NCBI GenBank assembly: GCA_036229005.1
Contig: JAZAMN010000020.1
Location: 32,001-96,000 of the forward strand
Direction of reading: 5' to 3'
From: Myxococcota bacterium
Lineage (GTDB): Bacteria > Myxococcota_A > UBA796 > CAJQPC01
Length of the DNA stretch: 64,000 bases
The position numbers and the translations under genes are program-made. The notes below the pieces were generated by a model. That model made no database searches, was not told the DNA's origin, and worked only from the letters and a program-made list of their open reading frames with translations. How positions within the stretch are numbered: the stretch's first letter is position 1; each line of letters opens with the position of its first letter. Below are positions 17,218 through 27,845 of the stretch, piece by piece.

Positions 17218-18570
17218 ATGGGACTGCTCTCTTGGCTCTTCCCCAGCGATGGGGACCGCCTGCGCAAGGCGGAGAAGCTGCTGGCCGGACAGGAGTGGGC
17301 CGCCGCCCGCGACGAGGTGATGGGGGTCGAAGGGGAGCAGGCGGAGGCGCTGCGCCGCAAGGCCCTGGACGGCTTGATGCACAAGAACATCGAGCTGGCC
17401 ATCCTCTGCGCCGAGTCGGGCGAGACCGAGCAGTCCCGCCTGCACATGGAGCTGGCCACCGAGTTCGCGGCCAAGGGGGACCCGGCCATCCGGGCCGCCC
17501 GCCGTCAGCTCCGGGAGCTCCGCACGGGCTCCAAGCAGAGCGCCCCCAAGGCCCCGGCCCCCTCCCTGGGCGGCGGCGGCGGCGGTGTCCTGGGCAGCAT
17601 GGGCATCCAGGTGGCCACCCCCGAGATGCTCGCCGGCAGCCCCGCGCTGGGTGGCGCCGAGGGCGACGACCCCATCTTCTCCCTGCCGCCCTCCGACCCC
17701 CGCGTGCGCTTCGCGCTGATGCTGGAGCGCTACGGCGAACAGGTGGCGGATCGCCTGCAGGCCCTGGGCCCGGACTTCGCGACCGCGGTGCTCTCCAGCG
17801 AGGAGGGCGAGCCGGCCCACGCCTACGACGTGCTGGGCCGCTTCGTGGAGCGCGAGCCCCTGGCCCGCTGGTTCCGGGCCCAGGCCGCCCTGTTGGCCAA
17901 CAAGCCGGCCGAAGGCGTGGTCGAGCTCGAGGCCCTGCACAAGGCCGAGGGCGGGTTCGTGGAGCTCGCGGGGCAACACAGCGCGGCGGTCCTCGCTGGC
18001 GCCCTGATGCAGCTTGGGCACGTAAAGCGCGCAGCCAAGGTGTTGGACCAGGCGCTGGAGAAGGAGCCCACCCACCTCGCCCTCCAGGTCAACAAGGCGC
18101 TGGTCCTGGAGGCCCTGGGGCAGGACGCCGAGGCCGACAACCTGGCCCGCCGCATCATCAAGCAGTCCAGCCGCGTGATGGAGATGTACAAGCTCATGGG
18201 CCGCGCCCGCGTGCGCCAGGGCAAGCGCCTGGAGGCCATGCAGGCCTTGGAGGCCGGGCTCACCACCAACTGCAGCTCCGGCAAGTGCGGCTCCCTGCCC
18301 TTTGACGTGCAGGCCGGCCGCCAGCTCGCCCAGCTCTACCTGGAGGATCGCCTGGAGCCCGCCCGCGCGGCCGACCTGGTCAGCCAGATCCACCGCAACA
18401 TCGGCCAGCCCGGCTGGTTCGAGGCCTACCTGGAGACCCTCACCGCCCGGAACGCCGGCGCCGCGGACTTGCGCGAGCGCGTGGGCGCCCTCAAGGTGGG
18501 CCTGCGCCCCGAGGATCCCCGCCTCAAGCTGGTGGACCAGGCCTTCGCCCCGCAGTTGGGGGGCGCGTGA
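17218..18570 (+). CDS. Tetratricopeptide-repeat-like protein
   Basis: Repeated TPR-like helical units; CSSGKCG motif. Confidence 0.7.
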   Translation: MGLLSWLFPSDGDRLRKAEKLLAGQEWAAARDEVMGVEGEQAEALRRKALDGLMHKNIELAILCAESGETEQSRLHMELATEFAAKGDPAIRAARRQLRELRTGSKQSAPKAPAPSLGGGGGGVLGSMGIQVATPEMLAGSPALGGAEGDDPIFSLPPSDPRVRFALMLERYGEQVADRLQALGPDFATAVLSSEEGEPAHAYDVLGRFVEREPLARWFRAQAALLANKPAEGVVELEALHKAEGGFVELAGQHSAAVLAGALMQLGHVKRAAKVLDQALEKEPTHLALQVNKALVLEALGQDAEADNLARRIIKQSSRVMEMYKLMGRARVRQGKRLEAMQALEAGLTTNCSSGKCGSLPFDVQAGRQLAQLYLEDRLEPARAADLVSQIHRNIGQPGWFEAYLETLTARNAGAADLRERVGALKVGLRPEDPRLKLVDQAFAPQLGGA

Positions 18571-18926
18571 GGCTCTCCGATTGGTGGCAGAGCCTGCTGT
18601 TCGCCCCTCTGGCGATCGCCGGCACGATCTGGCTCTTCCAGGCCCGCACCAAGGGCCAGCACGAGGTCGAGGAGGCCATCTGCCGCTCCGATCTGCAGGC
18701 CATCCACGCCATGGAGATCGAGCACTACAAGGCCACCGGCCAGTGGGCGCCCTCCATCGAAGCCCTGCGCGCCGCCCGCCCGGCCCCGGACCCCGTGATG
18801 GCCCAGTGGGAGGAGATCGCGCTGCTCCCGGACGACAACTTCGTCGCCCGCGTCCGCTGCACGATCGACGGCGAGGAGTTCCTGTTCGAGAAGGAGCGCA
18901 ACGACAAGCGGGTGCGGCGCCGCTGA
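18567..18926 (+). CDS. Hypothetical protein with N-terminal TM segment
   Basis: GTGA overlap with the upstream stop; host-like codons. Confidence 0.6.
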   Translation: MRLSDWWQSLLFAPLAIAGTIWLFQARTKGQHEVEEAICRSDLQAIHAMEIEHYKATGQWAPSIEALRAARPAPDPVMAQWEEIALLPDDNFVARVRCTIDGEEFLFEKERNDKRVRRR

Positions 18927-18980
18927 GCCCCCGCGGGCGGATCCCCTCAACCCCGCCCCCGCCCGTCCGATGCGGCGGCC

Positions 18981-20576
18981 ATGTCCACCCTGCTGCACAA
19001 CCTCAAGGCCCTCCAGCGCGTTGACCCCACCCTGGTCCAACGCCTGATCGCCCCCATGGCGACCGAGCACGTCCAGGACGGCCCCCAGGGCCCCGTGCTG
19101 GTGCTCCACCGCCAGTCGCACCCCCTCAGCGTAAAGCCCGTCCTGCCCCCTGATCTGCCCGATACCGTGCGCGTGTTCGGGGTGGGCCTGGGCGAGCAGA
19201 CGCTGGCGGCCTTGGACGCCGGACACCAGGTGGTCGCCTGGGACCGCGATCCCCTGATGCTGCGGATGCTGCTGTCCCAGCGTGACCTCGTCGATGCCCT
19301 CCAGTCCGGTCGATTGCGGCTCATGCTCGGCGCGGACCTGGCGGTGAACCCCCAGAGTGCCTGGGAGCTCCAGCACCCCCTCCTCACCTGGCGCTATGCG
19401 TGGGAGCACCGCTTCCAGCCCGCAGAGAAGCGCGCCATGGTCGTCCCGGACGGCCTCTTTGTGGAGGACGTCGCCGAGGAGCTGGCCGCCCGCGGCTACA
19501 GCGTCTGGCCCTTGCCCGCCCGCGAGCTCTCCGAGCTGGAGAACAGCCACGCCCTGGACGCCGTGCAGCCCGAGCTGGTGGTGTCCGTCGGCTACATCCC
19601 CGGCCTCCCCGAGGCCCTGGGCGCCCGCGGCATCCGCCACCTGATCTGGGAGGTCGACCCGGCCCTGGACCACATCGCCAGCGCCGGCCCGGCCCCCACC
19701 ACGCGCGTGTTCACCTACCGGCGCGCCCACGTGGAGCGCTTCAGGGAGGCGGGGCTCTGGGCGGAGCACCGGGCTCTTTGCGCCAACCCCCGGGTCCGCC
19801 GACCTGTCCCCCACTCGGAGCGGGATCCAGGCATCGGCGAGGTCCCCGTGGCCTTCGTCGGCGCGTCGATGCGGGAGACCGCCACCCGCTACCGCAAGAT
19901 CCTGGGCGCCCTGCTGCACAAGACCGGCCGCTCCCCCCTGGAGCTGGAGCACTGGCTGGCCGAGCAGCGCGAGCGCCCCTGGACCTTCACCTTGGCCCGC
20001 CACCTGCGCGACCCCGCCCTCCAGGCCCTGGTCCCCGAGCTGGACCTGCAGGTGCTGGCCGGAGAGATCGCCGCGGCCCAGCAGCGCCTGGACTTCCTGG
20101 GCGCCCTGCTCCCTCTGGGCCTCAAGGTCTGGGGGGACGCCGGCTGGAAGGCGCTGGGCACCGCCTGGCAGGGACTGGCCGGCCACCGCGTCGCCCTCAG
20201 TCAGATCTACAGCGCCGCCCAGGTCAACGTGGACATCGGGCGCGTCTACCAGAGCGACATCCTCACCATGCGCGTGTTCGACGTGCTGGCCTGCGGCGGC
20301 CTGCTCGTCACCCAGGACAGCCCCACCCTGCGCGAGCACTTCACCCCCGGCGAGCACCTGCTGGTCGCCAGCGACCCCGATGAGATGGCCGCACAGGTCG
20401 CCTGGGCCCTGGCGCACCCCACCCAGGCCCGCCTCATCGCCCAAGCCGGTCAGGCGCACGTCCTGGCCCACCACACCACCTCAATGCGCCTGGACGACAT
20501 GCTCGCCCCGGCGATCTGGGAGACCCCATGGACCCCGTCTTCATCGGCGGCGCCGGGCGCTCTGGCACGACCCTGA
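18981..20576 (+). CDS. CgeB-like glycosyltransferase
   Basis: VAFVG, LKVWG..GW, IYSAAQVNVDI, MRVFDVLACGGLLVT, F.PGEH, HT...RL. Confidence 0.8.
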   Translation: MSTLLHNLKALQRVDPTLVQRLIAPMATEHVQDGPQGPVLVLHRQSHPLSVKPVLPPDLPDTVRVFGVGLGEQTLAALDAGHQVVAWDRDPLMLRMLLSQRDLVDALQSGRLRLMLGADLAVNPQSAWELQHPLLTWRYAWEHRFQPAEKRAMVVPDGLFVEDVAEELAARGYSVWPLPARELSELENSHALDAVQPELVVSVGYIPGLPEALGARGIRHLIWEVDPALDHIASAGPAPTTRVFTYRRAHVERFREAGLWAEHRALCANPRVRRPVPHSERDPGIGEVPVAFVGASMRETATRYRKILGALLHKTGRSPLELEHWLAEQRERPWTFTLARHLRDPALQALVPELDLQVLAGEIAAAQQRLDFLGALLPLGLKVWGDAGWKALGTAWQGLAGHRVALSQIYSAAQVNVDIGRVYQSDILTMRVFDVLACGGLLVTQDSPTLREHFTPGEHLLVASDPDEMAAQVAWALAHPTQARLIAQAGQAHVLAHHTTSMRLDDMLAPAIWETPWTPSSSAAPGALARP

Positions 20577-21388
20577 TGGTCGACGTGCTGGGCCTCCACC
20601 CCGCGCTGTCCCCCGTCTACGAGACCCACTTTGTGGTCCAGCTCATCGACATCCTGGGCGCGAACGCCAGCCACAAGGAGACCGCCAGGGCCGTGCACAC
20701 CCTGCTCACCGGGTGGTCCGAGACCATCCACGACATGCCCCAGAACAAGCGCGCCCACGAGCGCTACCACCACGGCCCCCACCACCTGCGCTTCACCCCG
20801 CAGCAGCTCCTGGAGCAGCGCGACGAGCTCATCGCCGCCATCCACGAGGGCCGCCAGTGGGCCGGCCTCCAGCGCCTGGTCCACACCCTCTTCAGCCAAC
20901 ACGCCCAGGCCGACGGCAAGCCCCACTGGATCAACAAGAACCCCAGCTACGTGCTGCGCCTGCCCCAGCTCGTGCAGCTCTTCCCGCGCATGCGCTTCAT
21001 CCACTGCGTGCGCGATGGGCGCGCCGCCGCCGCCAGCGTGCTCACCCGCCCCTGGGGCCCAAAGACCGTGCCCGAGGCCGCCCAGTGGTGGGGCTCCCGC
21101 GTGCTCCAGGGCCTCCGCTTCCAGCAGGCCTATCCCCAGCACGCCCTGATCGTCCGCTACGAGGACGTGCTCGCCGAGCCCGAGCGCACCCTGGGCGCCG
21201 TCCAGCAGTGGCTCGGCGTCCCGGACGGCCAGCTCGTCCAGCAGCACCTGGAGGCCGGCTTCTCCTTCGACCCCAGCCGCGGCGAAGCCTGGCGCGAGCG
21301 CCTCTCCGCCCAGGACCTCGCCGACTTCGACCGCATCGCCGGCAAGATCCTGCGCGCCTGCGGCTACGAGAACCAGGCGGCAGCCTGA
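20528..21388 (+). CDS. Sulfotransferase family protein
   Basis: PVFIGGAGRSGTT (PAPS-binding loop), KNP, FIHCVRDGR, VRYED. Confidence 0.9.
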   Translation: MDPVFIGGAGRSGTTLMVDVLGLHPALSPVYETHFVVQLIDILGANASHKETARAVHTLLTGWSETIHDMPQNKRAHERYHHGPHHLRFTPQQLLEQRDELIAAIHEGRQWAGLQRLVHTLFSQHAQADGKPHWINKNPSYVLRLPQLVQLFPRMRFIHCVRDGRAAAASVLTRPWGPKTVPEAAQWWGSRVLQGLRFQQAYPQHALIVRYEDVLAEPERTLGAVQQWLGVPDGQLVQQHLEAGFSFDPSRGEAWRERLSAQDLADFDRIAGKILRACGYENQAAA

Positions 21389-21925
21389 GTGCCTGGGGTG
21401 CGCCGCTCGAGCCACCCGGCTCACCGATCGGCCAGCCACCTCAGCGTGGTGCGTAGGCCCCCGCGTCCCGTCGAGATCCCCAAGCCCCCGCCCCCGGTGC
21501 ACCAGCGCAAAGCCGCCCTGCGGATGGTTCTCCTCGCCGGCGCCATCAGCGCGTTCATCCTGTACGGACGCCCCAGGGTGCAGGAGGTGGAGGTGGATCC
21601 CGGTCTGGCCACACCGCCCCTCACCCCCCTGGAGCTGTCGGGCCCGCCCCCTCTGTCTCCTCTGTCCACCCCCGAGGTCACCTGGACGCAGGCCACCCCC
21701 GCGCTCCAGGACTGCCTCCAGGGTTGGTGGATGCAGGAGCCCCAGCGCGAGCGCGTGGACCTGGACCTGAACGTCTCCGCCACGACCACCCTGCGCGTCG
21801 ATCCGCCCCCGCCCGCCGCCACGCAGGCCTGCCTCCAGAGCTGGCTGGACACCCACCCCTTCCCCGCGCAGCCCTGGGACCACCACGCCACCCTGGACCT
21901 TGCCCCCGGGGTGCCGTCCCCTTAG
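21389..21925 (+). CDS. Hypothetical protein with one TM segment
   Basis: ORF fills the gap between same-strand genes; start uncertain. Confidence 0.5.
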   Translation: MPGVRRSSHPAHRSASHLSVVRRPPRPVEIPKPPPPVHQRKAALRMVLLAGAISAFILYGRPRVQEVEVDPGLATPPLTPLELSGPPPLSPLSTPEVTWTQATPALQDCLQGWWMQEPQRERVDLDLNVSATTTLRVDPPPPAATQACLQSWLDTHPFPAQPWDHHATLDLAPGVPSP

Positions 21926-21934
21926 CCAGCGGCC

Positions 21935-22621
21935 ATGGACTCCGACCTGCTGCAGCGCCTTCCCCCCGAGCTCCGTGAGCAAGCCCAGGACCTGGAGGAG
22001 CGCCGCCTCAACCGCGCCCTGGACCTGCTGGACCTGCGCATCGGCGACCTGATCGTCGTGATCGAGGCGGTACGCCGGCGCCACAACTCCTCGGCCATCC
22101 TGCGCAGCACCGAGGCCTTCGGCCTGCACGAGGCCCACCTGGTCGCCAACCAGTTCCGGCCCGCCCCCGGGGCCAGCCGCGGCGCCGAGCGCTGGCTGGA
22201 TCTGCACATGTACGCGCAGACCGACGACTGCCTGGACGCCCTGGAGGCCCGCGGCTTCGAGCTCTGGGTCGCCGACTTCACCGACGACGCCGTGCCCCCC
22301 AGCGAGCTCCCCAGCGACGGCAAGGTCGCCCTGCTCTTCGGCTCCGAGGTCACCGGCGTCTCCCCCGCCGCCCGCGCCCGCGCCAAGGGCACCGTGTTCA
22401 TCCCCACCGTGGGCGTCACCCAGTCCCTCAACGTCAGCGCCGCCGCCGCGATCATCATCGGGGAGGCCGCCCGGGCCCGCCACGCCCGCCAGAGCCCCGT
22501 CGGCCTGAGCGTCGAGCAGCGGGAGCGCTTCCTGCGACGTTTTGTCCAGAAGGAGCACGGCCGCATCACCGGTGGCTATCGTCTCTACGAGCTGGAGCCC
22601 GGCGAGGAGGGCCTCTCCTGA
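21935..22621 (+). CDS. TrmH/SpoU family RNA methyltransferase
   Basis: HNSSAILRSTEAFG, LLFGSEVTGVS, SLNVSAAAA. Confidence 0.9.
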   Translation: MDSDLLQRLPPELREQAQDLEERRLNRALDLLDLRIGDLIVVIEAVRRRHNSSAILRSTEAFGLHEAHLVANQFRPAPGASRGAERWLDLHMYAQTDDCLDALEARGFELWVADFTDDAVPPSELPSDGKVALLFGSEVTGVSPAARARAKGTVFIPTVGVTQSLNVSAAAAIIIGEAARARHARQSPVGLSVEQRERFLRRFVQKEHGRITGGYRLYELEPGEEGLS

Positions 22622-22735
22622 CGGGGTGACGCCACCCTTTCCAGAGGCCGCAGCCGGGCGCACTTTGCATCCATTGCACCCTCGGGGCATCGCCTCGGGG
22701 TAGTACCTTCTGGCCCCCGGCAGACCGAGAGCCCC

Positions 22736-25117
22736 ATGCACCGAGCCATCGCAGCCTTGACCGCCTTGTTTGTCTTCCTGTTCCCGGCGCTCGCGCACGC
22801 AGAGGGCAACACGGTCCACGCCCCCGGCATCGAGCCCCCCGTCCAGGTCGCCCTGGAGGGCCTGCCCGAGGGCGCCCAGGTCCGCCCGGTCAACGAGCTC
22901 GACGGCGAGCCCAACCACGTCCAGGCCAGCCTGGTCCTGGACCGCACCCAGGTCGCCCCCGGGGACACCGCCCGCATCGGCGTCCACCTGGAGCACGACC
23001 CCGAGTGGCACACCTACTGGCGCAGCCCCGGCGAGGTCGGCCAGCCCACGATCATCGACTGGACCCTGCCCGAAGGCTGGAGCGCCGCCGACCACGGCTG
23101 GCCCGTCCCCGACTACTTCGAGCTCGCGGGCATCAAGTCCCACGGCTACGACACCGAGGCCTTCTTCTTCACCGAGCTGCAGGTCCCCGCGGACGCCCAG
23201 ATCGGGGAGAGCGTGGTCGTCCAGGCGGACGTCGGCTGGCTGGTCTGCAAGACCCAGTGCATCCCCGGCGCCACCACCCTGTCGCTGCCGATCGAGGTGG
23301 GGACCGCGGGTGAGCCCACCGCCTGGGCCCAACTCTTCGACCACTGGGGCGCCCGCCTGCCCGGCAAGGACATCGGCCTCAGCGAGGTCGGGGTCGAGGC
23401 CGTCATCTCCCAGGACAAGCTGCGCTTTGACGACGAGTTCAGCATCGCCATCGTCCTGACCCCCACCGGCGAACACAAGATCGAGCTCCCCAAGGAGGGC
23501 GAGAGCACCTGGCCCGGCTTCACGCCCATCTACACCGACGGCGCGTGGATGATCATGGACGGCCCCACGGTGGAGACCCTCCCCAGCGGCCAGGTCAAGA
23601 TCGCCCTCACCGGCTTCGCGCTGGAGTCCCTGGACGGCGCCCTGCATCCCCCCAGCGAGTGGGGCGGCCTGGTGCAGTACCAGGTGGACGGCCAGTGGCG
23701 CCGCGGCGAGGTCGTGCGCGAGATCCCCTGGGCCGAGAAGGAGAGCGAGATCCTGGCCTCCACCAGCCCGTGGATCACCGGAGAGGGCCTCGATGTCCTC
23801 GCCGACACCACCGGATCCGAGACCGCAAGCGAGGCCACCGGGGCTCAGAGCGGTGGGGACCAGAGCTTCCTGGCCATGCTCGGCCTCGCCTTCCTCGGCG
23901 GCATCATCCTGAACATCATGCCCTGCGTGCTGCCGGTCATCACCCTCAAGCTCTACGGGCTGGTCGAGCAGGCCGGCATCTCCAACGCGGAGCGCCAGAA
24001 GGCCGGCACCTTCTACACCCTGGGCATCGTGGTCAGCTTCCTGGCGCTGGGCCTGGCGGTCATCCTGATGCGCACGGTCATCGGCTACGACGTGGGCTGG
24101 GGCTTCCAGTTCCAGTACCCGCCCTACGTCATCGCCCTGGGCACCATCGTGTTCGTGTTCGGGCTGAGTCTCTTCGGCGTGTTCGAGGTCCCGGGCTTCG
24201 GCGAGCAGCAGATGTCCGACGCCTCCAACAAGGAGGGCGCCGCCGGCTACTTCCTGTCCGGCGCCTTCGCGACCCTGCTGGCCACCCCCTGCTCCGCCCC
24301 CTTCCTGGGCACCGGCATGGGCTTCGCCTTCTCGCTGCCGAGCTGGGGCATCCTGCTCTTCTTCGCGGTGGCCGGCCTGGGCCTGGCCTTCCCCTTCGCC
24401 ATCGTGGCCTTCATCCCGGCGCTCTACCGCTTCATGCCGCAGCCCGGCGCGTGGATGGAGACCGCCAAGCAGTTCTTGGGCTTCACCCTGATCGGCACCA
24501 CCGTCTGGCTGGTCTCGGTGGTCGGCGGTCAGACCGGATTGGACGGCGCCATCGGCTTCGTCGCCTTCCTGACCGTCGTGGGCGTGGGCGCCTGGATCCA
24601 GGGCCGCTTCGGTGGGCTGAGCGCGCCAAAGAAGAAGCAGGGCATGGCCTTCGTGGGCGCCCTGGTCCTGTCCGCGCTGGGCGGCTGGTACTTCCTCAAG
24701 ACCGAGCCGGTGCAGGCCGCCGACTGCGCGACCGAGGCCGCCGCCTTCGAGGAGCTGGACTTCTCCGAGGACATCCCCTGGCAGCCCTTCTCCGAGCCCG
24801 CGGTGGCCGAGCTGAGTGGCGAGCACCTGGTGTTCGTGGACTTCACCGCGGACTGGTGCCTGACCTGCAAGGTCAACGAGAAGACCGTGCTCAACACCGA
24901 GCAGGTGCGCGGGGCCATGGCCGAGCGCGGGGTCATGCCCCTCAAGGCCGACTGGACCAACCGGGACGAGGTGATCACGAAGTGGCTGCAGCGCTACGGC
25001 AAGGCCGGCGTGCCCTTCTACCTGGTGATCCCCGCCGACCCCAGCAAGGAGCCCATCCCCCTGCCCGAGGTCATCACGCCCGAGTCCGTCATCTCCGCCT
25101 TCGACCAGGCGGGCTGA
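22736..25117 (+). CDS. dsbD: Protein-disulfide reductase, DsbD family
   Basis: WHTYWRSPG, VCKTQC, LNIMPCVLP, LATPCSAPF, PQPGAWM, DFTADWCLTC. Confidence 0.93.
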   Translation: MHRAIAALTALFVFLFPALAHAEGNTVHAPGIEPPVQVALEGLPEGAQVRPVNELDGEPNHVQASLVLDRTQVAPGDTARIGVHLEHDPEWHTYWRSPGEVGQPTIIDWTLPEGWSAADHGWPVPDYFELAGIKSHGYDTEAFFFTELQVPADAQIGESVVVQADVGWLVCKTQCIPGATTLSLPIEVGTAGEPTAWAQLFDHWGARLPGKDIGLSEVGVEAVISQDKLRFDDEFSIAIVLTPTGEHKIELPKEGESTWPGFTPIYTDGAWMIMDGPTVETLPSGQVKIALTGFALESLDGALHPPSEWGGLVQYQVDGQWRRGEVVREIPWAEKESEILASTSPWITGEGLDVLADTTGSETASEATGAQSGGDQSFLAMLGLAFLGGIILNIMPCVLPVITLKLYGLVEQAGISNAERQKAGTFYTLGIVVSFLALGLAVILMRTVIGYDVGWGFQFQYPPYVIALGTIVFVFGLSLFGVFEVPGFGEQQMSDASNKEGAAGYFLSGAFATLLATPCSAPFLGTGMGFAFSLPSWGILLFFAVAGLGLAFPFAIVAFIPALYRFMPQPGAWMETAKQFLGFTLIGTTVWLVSVVGGQTGLDGAIGFVAFLTVVGVGAWIQGRFGGLSAPKKKQGMAFVGALVLSALGGWYFLKTEPVQAADCATEAAAFEELDFSEDIPWQPFSEPAVAELSGEHLVFVDFTADWCLTCKVNEKTVLNTEQVRGAMAERGVMPLKADWTNRDEVITKWLQRYGKAGVPFYLVIPADPSKEPIPLPEVITPESVISAFDQAG

Positions 25118-25150
25118 CGGGCGGGGGCAGACCGCGTTAGGCAGCGCCCG

Positions 25151-26074
25151 ATGGCCCTCCAAGTCTTCCCCGGCTCCCGCATGTTCCCGGCGCCCGCGCG
25201 CCCGGTGCTCACCATTGGCAACTTCGATGGCGTGCACCGCGGTCACCGCGTGCTGCTGGACGCCCTGGTGGCCCGCGCCGAAGAGCTCGACGCCCCCGCC
25301 GCGGTCTACACCTTCGACCCGGCCCCGCGGGAGATCCTGCAGCCCGACCGCTGCCCGCCCCGCATCACCTCCCTGGAGCGCAAGCTGGAGCTGCTCGAGG
25401 CCGCCGGCGTGGACATGGTCGTGGTGGAGCCCTTCTCCCTGGAGCTGGGCGGCATGGCCCCCGCGGACTTCGCGGACGAGGTCATCGGCCGCCGCCTGCA
25501 CCCCCGGGCCATGGTGGTCGGCTACGACTTCCGCTACGGCAAGGCCCGCGCCGGAGACGTGCACACCCTGCGCGCCCACTTCCCGGAGCTGTCCATCCGA
25601 GCCGTCGAGGCCCTCCAGGACACCGAGCGCATCGTGAGCTCCTCGGCCATCCGCGAGGCCGTCGCCGAGGGCCGCATCGACGACGCCGCCCGCTGCCTGG
25701 GCCGCCCCTACCGCCTGACCGGCGTGGTCGAGCCCGGAGACCAGCGCGGCCGCAAGATGGGCGTGCCCACCGCGAACATCAAGCCCGACCAGCAGCTCCT
25801 GCCCGCCCTGGGGGTCTACGCCGTGCGGGCCTGGGTCCCCGGCGCCTCGCGCCCCCTGCCGGCGGTCGCCAACATCGGCGTGCGCCCCACCTTCGAGCGC
25901 GTGGGCATCGTGCTCGAGGTCCACTTCCTGGAGGGCGGCCGCGACTTCTACGGCCAGCGCCTCGCGGTGGACTTGATCCGCTTCCTGCGCCCGGAGCGCC
26001 GCTTCGACAGCGCGGAGTCCCTGCGCGCGCAGATCGCCCTGGACATCGAAGACGCCCAAGACGCTCTGCGGTGA
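25151..26074 (+). CDS. ribF: Bifunctional riboflavin kinase/FAD synthetase
   Basis: TIGNFDGVHRGH, VGYDFRYG, VSSSAIR, GVPTAN, NIGVRPT. Confidence 0.96.
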   Translation: MALQVFPGSRMFPAPARPVLTIGNFDGVHRGHRVLLDALVARAEELDAPAAVYTFDPAPREILQPDRCPPRITSLERKLELLEAAGVDMVVVEPFSLELGGMAPADFADEVIGRRLHPRAMVVGYDFRYGKARAGDVHTLRAHFPELSIRAVEALQDTERIVSSSAIREAVAEGRIDDAARCLGRPYRLTGVVEPGDQRGRKMGVPTANIKPDQQLLPALGVYAVRAWVPGASRPLPAVANIGVRPTFERVGIVLEVHFLEGGRDFYGQRLAVDLIRFLRPERRFDSAESLRAQIALDIEDAQDALR

Positions 26075-26913
26075 TCTCCGGACACACCCGCGTCTTCGGC
26101 CTGCTGGGCCACCCCGTGCGCCACTCGCTGTCGCCGGAGATGCACACCACCCTGTTCCAGGAGCTGGGCCTGGACGCGGTGTACGTGGCCTTTGACGTGG
26201 ACCCCGGCCGCGCCCACCAGGTCGGGCAGGCCATCCGCACTCTCGATCTCGTTGGGGTCAACCTCACGGTGCCCTTCAAGACGGCCATCCTGCCCCAGCT
26301 CGACCACGTCACCCAGGCCGCCCTGGAGGCCGGCGCCGTGAACGTCGTCACCCAGATCGACGGCGAGCTCACCGGCACCAACACCGACGGCATCGGGCTG
26401 GTCCGGGCCCTGGTCGAAGAGCACGGCTTCCAGGCCCGGGGATCCCGGTGCACCCTGTTGGGCGCGGGGGGCGCAGCGCGGGCAGTCGCAGCCCACCTGG
26501 CCAGCGAGGGCGCCGCCTCCGTGACCCTCTGCAACCGCACCCGCTCCCGCGCCGAGCAGGCCTGCGAGCACCTGCGCAGCTTCCACCCCAGCGTGCGCTT
26601 CGTCGCCGCGCCCCTGAGCGCCCTGGAGCCCTCCGAGCTGGTGGTCAACTGCCTGGGCGGCGGCGCCGAATCCACCGTCCAGGCCCTGGACCTCTCTCCG
26701 CTGCCCAATCACGCCATCTGGTGCGACATCAACTACTGGATGGACCAGCCCCCCAAGCTCGCCGAGTGCGCCGCGCGCGGCCTGCGCACCAGCGACGGCC
26801 TCGGCATGCTCATCCACCAGGGCGCCCTGAGCTTCGAGCTCTTCACGGGCCACCCGGTGGATCCCGCCCGCATCCGCGCCTTCCTGAGCAAGGGCGCCGC
26901 CGCCCGGGTGTAG
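26071..26913 (+). CDS. aroE: Shikimate dehydrogenase
   Basis: GHPVRHSLSP, NLTVPFK, GAVN, NTDG, LGAGGAA, DGLGML. Confidence 0.95.
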   Translation: MISGHTRVFGLLGHPVRHSLSPEMHTTLFQELGLDAVYVAFDVDPGRAHQVGQAIRTLDLVGVNLTVPFKTAILPQLDHVTQAALEAGAVNVVTQIDGELTGTNTDGIGLVRALVEEHGFQARGSRCTLLGAGGAARAVAAHLASEGAASVTLCNRTRSRAEQACEHLRSFHPSVRFVAAPLSALEPSELVVNCLGGGAESTVQALDLSPLPNHAIWCDINYWMDQPPKLAECAARGLRTSDGLGMLIHQGALSFELFTGHPVDPARIRAFLSKGAAARV

Positions 26914-26924
26914 ACTCTCCCGCG

Positions 26925-27845
26925 ATGCCCTTGCCCATCCTGTCCATCGTGCTGCTGGCGCTGTCGACCCTCGCGGTCTTCGGCGCGGTGTACTTCCTGA
27001 TCCCGGCCGAAGACGCCGCCCTCGCCGGCACGGACGACATGGCGCTCGAGGGCGTGGAGGCCGAGAACGCCTCCCCCATGATCAGCGCGCTGCGCCCCCT
27101 GCTCGTGCTGCTCACCCCCGCCGTGCGCTGGCTCAAGCTGGACGACTACCGCGCCAACATCGAGCGCAAGATGGTCACCGGCGGCATGGCCGGCATGCTC
27201 ACCACCGACGAGTTCTTCGCCTACAAGCTGGTGATGGGCTTCGCCTTCTGGGGCCTCTTCGTCGGCATCTTCGCCCGCCTCATCGTCGGCTGGCACGCCC
27301 CCTGGCCCGCGTCCCTGGGCGTGATCTTCCTGGGCAGCTTCTTCCCGGACGCCTGGCTCTCCGGCCAGGTCACCGAGCGCCAGAACAAGATCCTCAAGAC
27401 CCTGCCCTACGTGCTCGACCTGCTCACCCTCTCGGTCGAGGCCGGCCTGGACTTCGTCTCCGGCATCCACAAGGTCTGCGAGAAGTCCGTCGCCGGCCCC
27501 CTGGTCGACGAGCTCTCCTTCTTCCTGGGCGAGCTCCAGGTCGGCGCCACCCGCCAGCAGGCCCTGCGCAACCTGGCCGCCCGCGTCGACATGCCCGAGA
27601 TGCGCAGCTTCTCCGCCATGCTCATCCAGGCCGACCTGCTGGGCGCGTCCGTGGGTCCCGTCCTGCGCGCCCAGTCCGAGCTGATGCGTACCGCCCGCTT
27701 CCAGCGCGCCGAGCGCCTGGGCGCCTACGCCGCCCAGAAGATCCTCTTCCCCCTGATCTTCTGCATCATGCCGGCGGTGTTCATCGTGATCTTCGGCCCC
27801 ATCGTGCTGAACTTCCTCTACGGCGACCAGACCATCGGGGTCTGA
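26925..27845 (+). CDS. tadC: Type II secretion system F family / TadC-like platform protein
   Basis: LPYVLDLLTLSVEAGLDF, LIQADLLG, RFQRAE..G....KILFPLIFCIMP. Confidence 0.85.
   Translation: MPLPILSIVLLALSTLAVFGAVYFLIPAEDAALAGTDDMALEGVEAENASPMISALRPLLVLLTPAVRWLKLDDYRANIERKMVTGGMAGMLTTDEFFAYKLVMGFAFWGLFVGIFARLIVGWHAPWPASLGVIFLGSFFPDAWLSGQVTERQNKILKTLPYVLDLLTLSVEAGLDFVSGIHKVCEKSVAGPLVDELSFFLGELQVGATRQQALRNLAARVDMPEMRSFSAMLIQADLLGASVGPVLRAQSELMRTARFQRAERLGAYAAQKILFPLIFCIMPAVFIVIFGPIVLNFLYGDQTIGV

Noticed and set aside
20450..26059. 1869-aa minus-strand ORF and other long antisense ORFs (53648..56668, 35795..38266, 30777..33170)
   Set aside because: They are shadow frames of clearly identifiable opposite-strand genes, expected when GC3 is high and stops are rare.
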